Assembly: GCA_038316435.1 (NCBI GenBank)
Contig: JBBQAQ010000003.1
Span: forward strand, 94,134 to 158,133
Direction of reading: 5' to 3'
DNA length: 64,000 bases
DNA from: Bacteroidales bacterium
GTDB lineage: Bacteria; Bacteroidota; Bacteroidia; Bacteroidales; GCA-2748055
The position numbers were made by a program, and so were the translations under genes. The notes under the pieces were generated by a model, which saw nothing but the letters and a program-made list of their open reading frames with translations, did no database searches and was not told the origin of the DNA. Below, piece by piece: positions 10,463 through 19,331 of the stretch (position 1 is its first letter; each line of letters begins with the position of its first letter).

Positions 10463-10521
10463 TTTTTACTTTTTAAACGACTTAGGTCAAACTAAAACAT
10501 AAAAAAATAGAATAAAGTATA

Positions 10522-11232
10522 TCACCTCTTTAAAAGGAAAGAAAAATCATCTTTTGGAGAAAGTTCTTTACTATTACTACCATAACGAAAAATCTTTGCG
10601 TTTCTTTTCCCAATGAGTTGAATTACATCTTTTTCTATTGACAACATGGTTCCTTCTCTAAGGCCAATTACATAAATGTTCTGATTAACCTGAATGAATT
10701 CTTTGATTCGGTCTTCCCTTGTTTCTCCTGCATGGCCTTCTGGATTTGCATCGAGGTAGTGAGGGTTAATTTGGAAAGGGATTAGATCAAGTGAATCAAA
10801 GCTTTGTGGCTGAACAACTGCCATATCATTTGTAGTTCTAATTGTTGGGCAGCAAAGGTTAGATCCTGCGCTCCATCCAATATAAGGGCATCCAGATAAA
10901 ACTTTTTCACGAATAGAACCTATGAGTTTATACTTTTGCAGAAGATGTAGGAGCTGCCATGTATTTCCACCTCCGATAATTATACAAGTGGCGTCATTTA
11001 TAGCTTTAATTGGATTTGAAACGGTATGTATAGAAACTATTTCAATCCCAATGTCCCTAAACCGACCAGAGACTTTTGCTGCATAGTCATCGTAGCTAAT
11101 AGTAATACCCGCATAAGGGATAAAAAGAATACTTCCTCTTTGCTTCCCAAGGAATTTTTTAATATTCTCCATTGGGTATTCGAGGTATTCTTCCCCTGCA
11201 TTTGTTGAATTAGAAATAAGTAATAAGCGCAT
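10522..11232 (-). CDS. pepE: dipeptidase E (peptidase S51)
   Basis: MRLLLISNS start, IIGGGNTWQLL, and nucleophile context GWSAGSN. The ATG at 11232 is preferred over the TTG-extended ORF ending at 11259. Confidence 0.8.
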   Translation of the reverse strand: MRLLLISNSTNAGEEYLEYPMENIKKFLGKQRGSILFIPYAGITISYDDYAAKVSGRFRDIGIEIVSIHTVSNPIKAINDATCIIIGGGNTWQLLHLLQKYKLIGSIREKVLSGCPYIGWSAGSNLCCPTIRTTNDMAVVQPQSFDSLDLIPFQINPHYLDANPEGHAGETREDRIKEFIQVNQNIYVIGLREGTMLSIEKDVIQLIGKRNAKIFRYGSNSKELSPKDDFSFLLKR

Positions 11233-11319
11233 GTTCCCGACAGATTGATTTCGGGTCAAAGTTAGTATTAAAAATTTTTACCTGATAAAAACTAATTCAC
11301 AACCGTTTAAGACGGAAGG

Positions 11320-12078
11320 CTAATAGGACTCATCTAATTTACTAATTCTAAAATTTTCTTCTTTTTTATCAAACAGAATGGTTTCAATTACATGACTCAA
11401 CATATTATAAATGATCATTTTGCCTAGTAGAGGCGTTCCTATTCCAGTAATTATTTTAATTACTTCTACAGCCTGTAAAGAACCTATTATTCCTGGAAGG
11501 ACACCAAACAATCCCAACAAAGTTGGAGCTAGTAATTTTGTTTTATGTTTATTTGGTATAGCACATCTTAAGGAAGGGCTATTCAGAAAATTGAAGGTGG
11601 AAACTTGTCCTTTAAAACTCTCCAAAGCCCCATATACCCAAGGTTTTCCTGCAATAATACACGCATCATTTATAAGGTAACTTGAAGACAGACTATCTGT
11701 GGCGTCAACAATAATGTCATATTTTGAAACAAAGTCAATTGCGTTTTCTGGTTTAAGTCTGATGTTAAAGATTTCATGGTTAACAAAGGGGTTAAGTGAA
11801 TTAAGTCTTTGTTTTGAGATAATTGTCTTAAGCTTTCCCAAATCATGACCCCCATAAAGTATTTGACGTTGAAGATTGTCTTCATTTACAACATCGTCGT
11901 CAAGAATTGCAATAGTTCCAACTCCTGCGGCTGTAAGATATTGCAAAACGGGAGCTCCCAGACCTCCTGCGCCAACAACAAGAACTCGTGTCGTCTTAAG
12001 TTTTTCTTGGCCAGCCTCTCCCATTTCAGGAAGAATTATGTGTCGTTTGTATCGTCTTTTTTCAGCCTCGTTTAACAT
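11320..12078 (-). CDS. ThiF/MoeB/HesA family adenylyltransferase
   Basis: RYKRHIILPEMGEAGQEKL, Rossmann motif VVGAGGLGAPVLQYLTAAGVG and NLQRQ. No C-terminal rhodanese domain. Confidence 0.85.
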   Translation of the reverse strand: MLNEAEKRRYKRHIILPEMGEAGQEKLKTTRVLVVGAGGLGAPVLQYLTAAGVGTIAILDDDVVNEDNLQRQILYGGHDLGKLKTIISKQRLNSLNPFVNHEIFNIRLKPENAIDFVSKYDIIVDATDSLSSSYLINDACIIAGKPWVYGALESFKGQVSTFNFLNSPSLRCAIPNKHKTKLLAPTLLGLFGVLPGIIGSLQAVEVIKIITGIGTPLLGKMIIYNMLSHVIETILFDKKEENFRISKLDESY

Positions 12079-12109
12079 AAAAGAATTTTTTCTTTGTGTT
12101 TAATTCTTA

Positions 12110-12117
12110 CAAATTTA
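12110..12117 (-). promoter_or_regulatory. -7 motif TAAATTTG upstream of the ThiF/MoeB gene
   Basis: The plus strand CAAATTTA gives TAAATTTG on the minus strand, 31 nt before the ATG at 12078. Confidence 0.35.
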
Positions 12118-12171
12118 GTTAAAGAATGGGAAAAAGAAAGTGGCTAGGTATTCTGTTTAAAAATTAGCGGC

Positions 12172-12224
12172 AAATAAAAAATCTGAGAATTAACAGATTA
12201 ATTCAGTCTGTTAAGTCTCAGATT
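12172..12224 (-). terminator. intrinsic terminator after the OMP gene
   Basis: 18-bp stem with one mismatch (AATCTGAGAATTAACAGA / TCTGTTAAGTCTCAGATT, 12180-12224), followed on the minus strand by UUUUUAUUU. Confidence 0.65.
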
Positions 12225-12253
12225 AACTTTGAATATATGGAGGAATTGGCGTT

Positions 12254-13210
12254 TTAAAAATCAGCTAGAGTAAGGCCTATTGAGAATGGGTAAAGTTCAG
12301 GTGCTTTATTTGCTTCAAATAGTGGGGTCATATAATAATTTGCGAATAGTTTAAGTCCACGATAACCTGCGCGAGCAGTAAAACCGTATCGTAAGGCTGA
12401 AAGATTGAAATCGTCTTTATCCTTAACTTTTTGTTTATCTCCGTTTTCTTTATAAACGATTTTTGTGTTAGAGAAGAGTTTAACTCCAGCTACTGGTCCG
12501 GCAGAAAAGTAAATTCTTTTTTTACCTGCAGGAATCTGGAATTCAAGCAGCAAAGGAGCTCTAAGGTAAGTTGTTTGTAATCTGTTTTTCTGAATATTTG
12601 GATACGTTAAATCCAGGTCACTAATTGATTCAATCAGACCATTCACTTTTTGAATTGAATTATTATTATCGAAATGATAATTATTCCATTCAAAACCAAG
12701 GCCTGTCACAATCCCAATTTTATCTGTTCCAAGACCAAATCCATATTGCAAAAAGTTTATATTTATGTTCCATGACCGGCTGGTATTCAGCTCCATAAAA
12801 TCCATTGTATTGTCAAGGCTCATAGATCCACTACTATTGACATAATTATTTAGACCTATTTCGAAGCCTGTCCAATTAGGTTTAAATTTACCAAAGTCGT
12901 TATTATCTGATTCTTCCTCTACATCGTTATCACAATTGTCTTCAATGTTTTCGTCAATATCCTCAATATTTACTTGAGTTCCTTTATCTCCCTCTATAAT
13001 AATAATACCTTTTTTACCAACCTTGATTCGGGTGGTATCACTTTTTTCATTAATTATCAGAGTTTCTTCAGCTCCTACATTAACTATTGTATGGTCTGGT
13101 TCTTCACTTACAGTAACAATTTCCTCAACATTTACATATTTTGAATCTTCCTGTGTAAAAGCCGGGGTCGCAAGGAGTCCGGCAAGTACAATTGTAAATA
13201 GACTTTTCAT
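12254..13210 (-). CDS. outer-membrane beta-barrel protein with acidic N-terminal linker
   Basis: Signal peptide (LAGLLATPAFTQ), acidic tract IEDIDENIEDNCDNDVEEESDNND, and C-terminal amphipathic strands ending in F (GLTLADF). Confidence 0.65.
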   Translation of the reverse strand: MKSLFTIVLAGLLATPAFTQEDSKYVNVEEIVTVSEEPDHTIVNVGAEETLIINEKSDTTRIKVGKKGIIIIEGDKGTQVNIEDIDENIEDNCDNDVEEESDNNDFGKFKPNWTGFEIGLNNYVNSSGSMSLDNTMDFMELNTSRSWNININFLQYGFGLGTDKIGIVTGLGFEWNNYHFDNNNSIQKVNGLIESISDLDLTYPNIQKNRLQTTYLRAPLLLEFQIPAGKKRIYFSAGPVAGVKLFSNTKIVYKENGDKQKVKDKDDFNLSALRYGFTARAGYRGLKLFANYYMTPLFEANKAPELYPFSIGLTLADF

Positions 13211-13263
13211 TTGGGGTAAATTTTATTGTTTGTTGTTTGTTTGTTTTCCGCTTCTAAACATGT

Positions 13264-13290
13264 GACGGGAAGCATACTTGAAAAGTTACA
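13264..13290 (-). promoter_or_regulatory. second ECF-type promoter upstream of the OMP gene (TGTAAC-N17-CGTC)
   Basis: The minus strand reads TGTAACTTTTCAAGTATGCTTCCCGTC. It shares the 12-mer TGTAACTTTTCA with the sigma-gene promoter. Confidence 0.55.
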
Positions 13291-13414
13291 GCCATGATAA
13301 AAAAGCAAGAGTTTTATGAAATATTTTTAGCGGGAAAAGAAAATGATTTTCTCAATCAAGCTAATGGGGCTAGCTTAATAAAAATACCTTCAAGTTTCAC
13401 AACTAAAAGTTCCC

Positions 13415-14521
13415 TTATTTGACGGATGTTGTTGAAAAGGAAAGCAATTTTGAGTTAAAGGAATAGGAAGTAATATTACCATCAACCCCAATTTTCTTTT
13501 CGAGCTTCATTTCTCCTCCGGTAATTTTATTAATACCAGAAATCCCGGCATCGGCAATTTGCCAGCCAGAAATATGACCAATTCTACGGTCTTTTTTCCC
13601 GAGTACTTTTTCGAAGAATTCCTTTCGAGCATATTCGGAAAGGCTTAAATATTCGGAGGAATTAATTGCTTCAGGTTTTACAGGGCTTGTGTAGATTATT
13701 TTCCCTTTTTCAATAGTGGGAACCAGAATCTGATTATCTGTTACAGAAGCCAGTTTTATTTGAAAGGAAGGGTTTAATCTTTGCTTCGGCAGAGCATTTT
13801 TATTTTCACTACCTTTCTTCAGTGGATTTTCTCCTTTTTTGATAGTGGATACATGTTTTTTTAATAAATTTTCAGACAGGGTCAAAAAGGAAGTTGTTTG
13901 AGTTTTCGATTCAGACTTTTCTATATTTATAGGCTGACTTTCTTTTGTCTTTTCAATTTCAGCCTTTGAGGATAACCTGGCGGGCAAATTTGCAGAGACA
14001 ATAGGAAGGTTATTAAATATTTCATCATTTTGAAAATAGATTACAACCATTAAGGCAATAGCTGCAGCAACTGATAAAACAGGAATAAATAATTGGCGAG
14101 GAAGCAAGGCCACCCTTTTTTTAAGTTTATTCTTTTGAAAAAAAATTATGTTTTTTTCTGGCAAAAGATGGAGTTTTGAAAAAAGCTTAACCGTGCCTAG
14201 ATGTTCCGGGTACAACCTTATAAAATCTGATAGTCCTTTTCGTTGTTCAGTTGATAAATCCAATTCATTTTCTGCCACACAAAAATCTTCAAAATTATTC
14301 ACATTAACCGGAAGGCTTAAGTCAGGCTTTTTAAGGAAGAATTTTCCTTTAAAAAGCATGTTTTCAGGTGTAAGCCTAATTTTTTCGGTACCTTCAAGCT
14401 CTTCTCTTAAATCGGGGTTAATCAGAAGAAAATCCTCGAGTATAAGAATATCGTGGTCGGTAAGGTTTCCGTCCAGATAGTCTATAAAAAACAACTCGTA
14501 ATTATTTCTGTTAATATTCAT
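13415..14521 (-). CDS. putative membrane anti-sigma factor
   Basis: ATG lies 7 nt after the sigma gene stop. N-terminal YELFFIDYLDGNL segment, one central TM (LFIPVLSVAAAIALMVVIYF) and an extracytoplasmic C-terminal half. Confidence 0.5.
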   Translation of the reverse strand: MNINRNNYELFFIDYLDGNLTDHDILILEDFLLINPDLREELEGTEKIRLTPENMLFKGKFFLKKPDLSLPVNVNNFEDFCVAENELDLSTEQRKGLSDFIRLYPEHLGTVKLFSKLHLLPEKNIIFFQKNKLKKRVALLPRQLFIPVLSVAAAIALMVVIYFQNDEIFNNLPIVSANLPARLSSKAEIEKTKESQPINIEKSESKTQTTSFLTLSENLLKKHVSTIKKGENPLKKGSENKNALPKQRLNPSFQIKLASVTDNQILVPTIEKGKIIYTSPVKPEAINSSEYLSLSEYARKEFFEKVLGKKDRRIGHISGWQIADAGISGINKITGGEMKLEKKIGVDGNITSYSFNSKLLSFSTTSVK

Positions 14522-14528
14522 AAAAATA

Positions 14529-15014
14529 TTATAAAACTTTCTCAGGGCTTCCAATGTAGTTTTTCAAAAAAATCCTACCCCTATATATATAAACTTTAAC
14601 TTGTGATTCAGACAGGCCAGTTATTTCAGCAATTTCATCATATGAGTAACCTTCATAGTCGCGTAAAAGAATTACTGACCTTTGAGTTTCAGGTAAGAGC
14701 TGGATTGCTTTATGAAGGATCTCGTTCAGGTCAGAATACTGATTATTATGTACAATACTTTCATGTCGTACTTCATCAAAACTAGTCATTCTGCTTTCTT
14801 TACGAATCATATCAATCATTGTATGATAAGCTGTTGAAAAGAGATAGGATTTCACTTTTACAGCATCTACTGTTTCGTGTTTTACCCAGCACTTTTCGAA
14901 AGTATCCTGAACGACATCTCTAGCTCTATCCTTATCTTTTAAATTTTTAAGAATAAACCTGTAAATCCCATTCGAATAGTCTTCTACAGCTTTGTTATAA
15001 TCTTTTACTGTCAT
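14529..15014 (-). CDS. RNA polymerase ECF-type sigma-70 factor
   Basis: Region 2 (DVVQDTFEKCW) and region 4 HTH (SYDEIAEITGLSESQVKVYIYRGR); 161 aa. Confidence 0.9.
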   Translation of the reverse strand: MTVKDYNKAVEDYSNGIYRFILKNLKDKDRARDVVQDTFEKCWVKHETVDAVKVKSYLFSTAYHTMIDMIRKESRMTSFDEVRHESIVHNNQYSDLNEILHKAIQLLPETQRSVILLRDYEGYSYDEIAEITGLSESQVKVYIYRGRIFLKNYIGSPEKVL

Positions 15015-15038
15015 TTATTGATCCGCTTTCGAGCATAA

Positions 15039-15064
15039 GACGATGAAATATATGAAAAGTTACA
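15039..15064 (-). promoter_or_regulatory. ECF-type promoter upstream of the sigma gene (TGTAAC-N16-CGTC)
   Basis: The minus strand reads TGTAACTTTTCATATATTTCATCGTC, with the -10 element 24 nt upstream of the ATG. It resembles the classic ECF GTAAC/CGTC architecture. Confidence 0.55.
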
Positions 15065-15284
15065 AAACATATTATAATTATTTAATGATATTTTATTCAC
15101 AGGAAGAAATGCCAATCTCAGCCGACAGATTATTATTTTTTAGACAAAAAAATCCTTTAAGCAGTGAAAATTAATTAATTATTTAAAGATTAAAGAATCC
15201 TATCTCAATTGATTCATTGATTTGGAGGTTTTGTTGAGAATATCAATTTTTTTCCTAAATTTACTACCCTTTTAAAAATCATCT

Positions 15285-15737
15285 ATGCGGGCTGTAATAC
15301 AGAGAGTATCAAAGGCTTCCGTCAAATGCTCCAGTGGTCACTATGATGAAATAGGGAGTGGGATACTTGTTTTTTTAGGTATAGAGGAGTCTGACGGGGA
15401 TGAAGATATTAAATGGTTAAGTGGGAAGATAAGTCGTTTAAGAATTTTCCCTGATGAAAAAGGAGTAATGAATCTTGGGCTTAGTGAGTTGGGCGGAGAA
15501 ATTTTGCTTATTTCTCAATTTACTCTGCATGCAAGTACACGTAAGGGAAATCGGCCATCCTTTACAAGAGCCGCTCCACAGCAAATCTCAGAACCATTGT
15601 ATTTTGAATTTATCCGGCAGTTGGAAAAGGATTGTGAGATCAAAGTAAATACAGGTGTTTTCGGGGACCACATGGATGTATCACTTATAAATGACGGTCC
15701 GGTTACAATACTTTTTGATACAAAAGTAAAAGAGTAA
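15285..15737 (+). CDS. dtd: D-aminoacyl-tRNA deacylase
   Basis: MRAVIQRV start, plus SQFTL and NDGPVT motifs; 150 aa. Confidence 0.93.
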   Translation: MRAVIQRVSKASVKCSSGHYDEIGSGILVFLGIEESDGDEDIKWLSGKISRLRIFPDEKGVMNLGLSELGGEILLISQFTLHASTRKGNRPSFTRAAPQQISEPLYFEFIRQLEKDCEIKVNTGVFGDHMDVSLINDGPVTILFDTKVKE

Positions 15738-15748
15738 TTCCGAATAAA

Positions 15749-16075
15749 ATGACATTAACTGAAACACAACGATTAGTAGACCTCTGGATTAAGGAATATG
15801 GTGTGAAATATTTCAGTGAGCTCACTAACATGGCTATTTTGACTGAGGAAGTTGGAGAAGTAGCAAGAATTATTGCCAGAAAATATGGTGATCAGTCGTT
15901 TAAGGAGGGTGAAAATCCTTCTGAACTTGCTGATGAATTAGCGGATGTACTATTTGTTTTAATTTGCCTAGCGAACCAAACGGGTGTAGATCTTTCAGAC
16001 GCCCTTACCAAAAATATTGAAAAAAAAACAAGCCGCGATTCACGGCGACATAAGAAGAATAAAAAACTATTATAA
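15749..16075 (+). CDS. MazG-like nucleotide pyrophosphohydrolase
   Basis: EEVGEVARII and ELADELADVLFVLICLAN (EExxE/ExxD helices); 108 aa. Confidence 0.85.
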   Translation: MTLTETQRLVDLWIKEYGVKYFSELTNMAILTEEVGEVARIIARKYGDQSFKEGENPSELADELADVLFVLICLANQTGVDLSDALTKNIEKKTSRDSRRHKKNKKLL

Positions 16076-16085
16076 AAACAGAAGT

Positions 16086-16931
16086 ATGATCCGAAATAAA
16101 TACAAAATATCAGTCAATCAAAATTTCATCAAAGAAAAAATTGAGCAAATTGAACAACGATCTTCCCAAATGCGAGATAAAGCTATTCTTACTCATATAT
16201 TCAGCCTAATAGATTTAACAAGTTTAAATAGTACTGATTCTATTTCAAAGATAACCGCATTGACAGAGAAGGTGAACTGTATTTCTGATAAGTTCCCTGA
16301 TTTGCCAAATGTTGCTGCCATATGCGTTTTCCCCAATTTTGTTCCTACAGTGAGAAAGACTTTGACAATAAAAAAAGTAAAGATTGCATCAGTTGCGGCC
16401 TCTTTCCCCGCATCACAGACTTTTATAGATATTAAAATTCAAGAAGTGCGAAAAGTAGTAGAAAGCGGCGCTGATGAAGTTGATATCGTTATATCCCTTG
16501 GTGAGTTTTTAGAAGGAAATTACGAACTTGTATCAGAGGAAATTAAAAAAATCAAGGCTGTCTGTGGCGATGCGCATTTAAAAGTAATTTTAGAAACTGG
16601 CAGTATTGAAGACTTAAGTTTAATAAAACTAGCATCCTTTCTAGCTATGGATTCCGGAGCAGATTTTATCAAAACCTCAACCGGAAAAATGGAAAAAGGA
16701 GCAAGTCCTGAGGCGATTTGGGTAATGTGTGAAGCAATTAAAGAGTATTACGACAAAAATGGTCGAGCTGTTGGAATAAAGCCTGCGGGTGGAATTTCGG
16801 ATATAAGCACCGCTGTTAATTACTATTTAATTGTAAATGAAATCCTAGGAAATGATTGGTTAAAGCCAGAGCGCTTTCGTTTTGGGGCCAGTAAACTAGC
16901 TAATTTACTATTAGGAGAAAAGTATTTTTAG
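16086..16931 (+). CDS. deoC: deoxyribose-phosphate aldolase
   Basis: DLTSLN, GADEVD, and FIKTSTGK with the Schiff-base lysine. ATG at 16086 avoids overlap with the upstream gene. Confidence 0.9.
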   Translation: MIRNKYKISVNQNFIKEKIEQIEQRSSQMRDKAILTHIFSLIDLTSLNSTDSISKITALTEKVNCISDKFPDLPNVAAICVFPNFVPTVRKTLTIKKVKIASVAASFPASQTFIDIKIQEVRKVVESGADEVDIVISLGEFLEGNYELVSEEIKKIKAVCGDAHLKVILETGSIEDLSLIKLASFLAMDSGADFIKTSTGKMEKGASPEAIWVMCEAIKEYYDKNGRAVGIKPAGGISDISTAVNYYLIVNEILGNDWLKPERFRFGASKLANLLLGEKYF

Positions 16932-17016
16932 TACTTTTGCATTGTATAAACTTACCGTCAGGAAAAAAACTTTAAACTTAAATTGTTGTTTTTTCGTTTA
17001 GGCGGAAATCCGAAAT

Positions 17017-17817
17017 ATGCAAAATCAGCAAAGAGATTCGACATTTTCTATTGTTGGAGAATCAAAAGATTCTATTTCGTCTTCTCCACAAGTTTTTGTG
17101 GAGACAATACCTAGCACCGCGCAAGTATTAAGGGGAAGGCTATATTCAAGCGGAGTATCAGGAAATGAATTTCCTGACTGGTATTTTTTAGCCGTTATCT
17201 TAGTATTAGCGGGCATTGCCTGGGCAAGAATTATTTACGGTAAGTTTCTAAATTTGGTCTGGATATCCGCTTACAGTTACCAAATTGCTGCCAAAACACA
17301 AAAAGAGCAAAGCGTTGTTCAAAAGCGTTTCGGCCTTAGTCTGGATTTATTATATCTTGTAAACTCTTCCCTTTTTTTATACTTACTAAATTACTTTTTT
17401 GCCTTAGGATTTTTACCCGAAGATGGATTTTGGTTCTTAATAGTCTCTTTTACTTTTCTTCTCTTCTTAATTATTTTCCGAATAATTATAATGAGGACTA
17501 TTGGCAATATTTTTGAAAGAAAAGAACTATTTAAGGGCTTTTTGTACCATTTCTTTATTTACAATAAGGTTATAGGTCTTATAATTATTCCTTTTTTAAT
17601 TGCCATTCCTTATACACATGGATTATTGCAGGAATGGCTTGTATATACTGGGGTTTCAATCATAATTATTATTTATGTTTTTCGCCTATTTAGGGCCGCT
17701 GTTTATGTATTTAAAAATGTTGTTTTGTTTTTCTATTTGATTTTGTACCTTTGTTCCCTTGAAATATTACCCCTCTTAGTGGTAATAAAAGTATTACTTT
17801 CTTTGGCACAGGTTTAA
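17017..17817 (+). CDS. multi-pass membrane protein (DUF4271-like)
   Basis: At least 6 hydrophobic helices. It sits directly upstream of the hemD-like gene, an arrangement I recall as typical for Bacteroidota DUF4271. Confidence 0.6.
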   Translation: MQNQQRDSTFSIVGESKDSISSSPQVFVETIPSTAQVLRGRLYSSGVSGNEFPDWYFLAVILVLAGIAWARIIYGKFLNLVWISAYSYQIAAKTQKEQSVVQKRFGLSLDLLYLVNSSLFLYLLNYFFALGFLPEDGFWFLIVSFTFLLFLIIFRIIIMRTIGNIFERKELFKGFLYHFFIYNKVIGLIIIPFLIAIPYTHGLLQEWLVYTGVSIIIIIYVFRLFRAAVYVFKNVVLFFYLILYLCSLEILPLLVVIKVLLSLAQV

Positions 17818-17844
17818 ATTAAACCATTTAAGTAGTAGAGCTTT

Positions 17845-18606
17845 ATGACTAGAATCAAGAGAATTTTGGTTTCCCAACCAAAGCCGGAGTCTGAAAAACA
17901 CCCCTATTCCGATCTTGCCGAAAAAAACAATCTTAAAATTGACTTCAGACCTTTTATACAGGTAGAAGGAGTTAGTGTTAAGGATTTCAGGAAAGCAAGA
18001 GTAGAAATTTTAGCCCATGGGGCTGTGATTTTCACAAGTAAAACTGCAATAAACCATTTTTTTAGAATTGCTGAGGAATTAAAAATCAGCATTCCCGACG
18101 AAATGAAGTATTTCTGCAGTTCCGAATCAATAGCCTTCTATCTGCAAAAGTACATTGTTTACAGAAAGAGAAAGATATTTTACAGCTCGAGTGGGAATAT
18201 AGTTGATATTATGGATATTCTTTTGAAACACAAAGAAGAAAACTTCCTTGTTCCCATGTCAAATGCTAACAAAGATGAAGTTACAGTTTTGCTCGAAAAG
18301 GCTAAAATCAAATATACATCTGCAGTTTTGTATAATACAGTTTGTAGTGATCTTTCCGACCTTTCAGAAATCAATTATGATGTATTAGTCTTTTTTAGCC
18401 CGACTGGAATTAAGTCACTTTTACAGAACTTTCCTGGTTTTAAGCAGAACGATATAAAAATTGCAACTTTTGGGTCCACAACAGCTAAGGCTGCAACGGA
18501 GGCCGGATTGCGGCTAGATATTAGTGCCCCTCAGCCCAATGCTCCTTCTATGACAATGGCACTTGATCAATATATCCGTGAATATAATAAAAGTTTTAAA
18601 AAATAG
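17845..18606 (+). CDS. hemD: uroporphyrinogen-III synthase (HemD-like)
   Basis: ILVSQPK, AVIFTSKTAINHFF, LVFFSPTGIKSL and ATFGSTTAKA suggest the two-lobe HemD pattern. Confidence 0.7.
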   Translation: MTRIKRILVSQPKPESEKHPYSDLAEKNNLKIDFRPFIQVEGVSVKDFRKARVEILAHGAVIFTSKTAINHFFRIAEELKISIPDEMKYFCSSESIAFYLQKYIVYRKRKIFYSSSGNIVDIMDILLKHKEENFLVPMSNANKDEVTVLLEKAKIKYTSAVLYNTVCSDLSDLSEINYDVLVFFSPTGIKSLLQNFPGFKQNDIKIATFGSTTAKAATEAGLRLDISAPQPNAPSMTMALDQYIREYNKSFKK

Positions 18607-18651
18607 ATTTTCTTTATAATACTGGTGGCCCCCGGTTGTTGTTTTTCAAAT

Positions 18652-18659
18652 TACCTTTG
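18652..18659 (+). promoter_or_regulatory. -7 motif TACCTTTG upstream of rnpA
   Basis: TAnnTTTG match 42 nt before the ATG at 18701. It lies in the loop of the 18626-18690 long-range stem. Confidence 0.35.
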
Positions 18660-18700
18660 TTTAGGTATGGAATAAACCAATCGGGGGTCATTATTTATTT

Positions 18701-19105
18701 ATGAATTTAAACACTCTACATCGCTCAGAAAGACTTAAAAGCGCGAAGTCAATCAGCCAACTATTTGAAACTGGTAAAAGTCTTTTTGTTCACCCGATCA
18801 GACTGCTCTATCATATTAATCCCTCTAGTGAATGCGTTTTGATTAAAGTGGGATTTGCAGCACCAAAGAAGAGCTTCAGAAGGGCAATTGATAGGAATAT
18901 ACTCAAACGAAGGATGCGTGAAGCATACAGGATCAATAAATCAAAATTTCTAATTTTAGATAAAAGTCCTTTTCCCGGGCTAGAAATCATGTTCATATAC
19001 CAAGGCAAAGAAATTGAGGATTTTACTAAAATCAGCGTTTGTACTATAGAGTTGTTGAAAAAGCTTTCAATAAAACTATCAAAAATGAATTATGTACGAA
19101 TTTAA
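18701..19105 (+). CDS. rnpA: ribonuclease P protein component
   Basis: LHRSERLKSAKSISQLF and a basic RNR-type region KKSFRRAIDRNILKRRMREAYR. Confidence 0.8.
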   Translation: MNLNTLHRSERLKSAKSISQLFETGKSLFVHPIRLLYHINPSSECVLIKVGFAAPKKSFRRAIDRNILKRRMREAYRINKSKFLILDKSPFPGLEIMFIYQGKEIEDFTKISVCTIELLKKLSIKLSKMNYVRI

Positions 19106-19300
19106 GCTCCCCAGTAATCAAACTTTATTTGACCTAAATGAATCCGTTGAATAAGATTTTGATATAGGTTTTAAGTATAAAGTATTTGTTTGAAGGTGAA
19201 AAAGAGCTGAGAAAACACTCGAACTCAACAGAAATTCATTACTCATTTGATTTATTACATCTTTTAAAGTGTTTGAGGTAGTATTCTCTGGCAATTTTCA

Positions 19301-19308
19301 TAAATTTG
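19301..19308 (+). promoter_or_regulatory. -7 motif TAAATTTG upstream of the alpha-2-macroglobulin gene
   Basis: TAnnTTTG match 24 nt before the ATG at 19332. Confidence 0.4.
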
Positions 19309-19331
19309 ATTAATATCAAATAATTACTTTT

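Noticed and set aside
11411-12103. Several overlapping 71-89 aa ORFs on both strands over the ThiF/MoeB gene.
   Set aside because: The MoeB frame carries clear Rossmann/ThiF motifs. The others are alternative-frame shadows with no motifs.
16017-16085. N-terminal 23-codon extension of deoC (MKKKQAAIHGDIRRIKNYYKNRS) overlapping the MazG-like gene.
   Set aside because: The extension overlaps the upstream gene by 59 nt and is Lys/Arg-rich. The ATG at 16086 gives a normal DeoC N-terminus.
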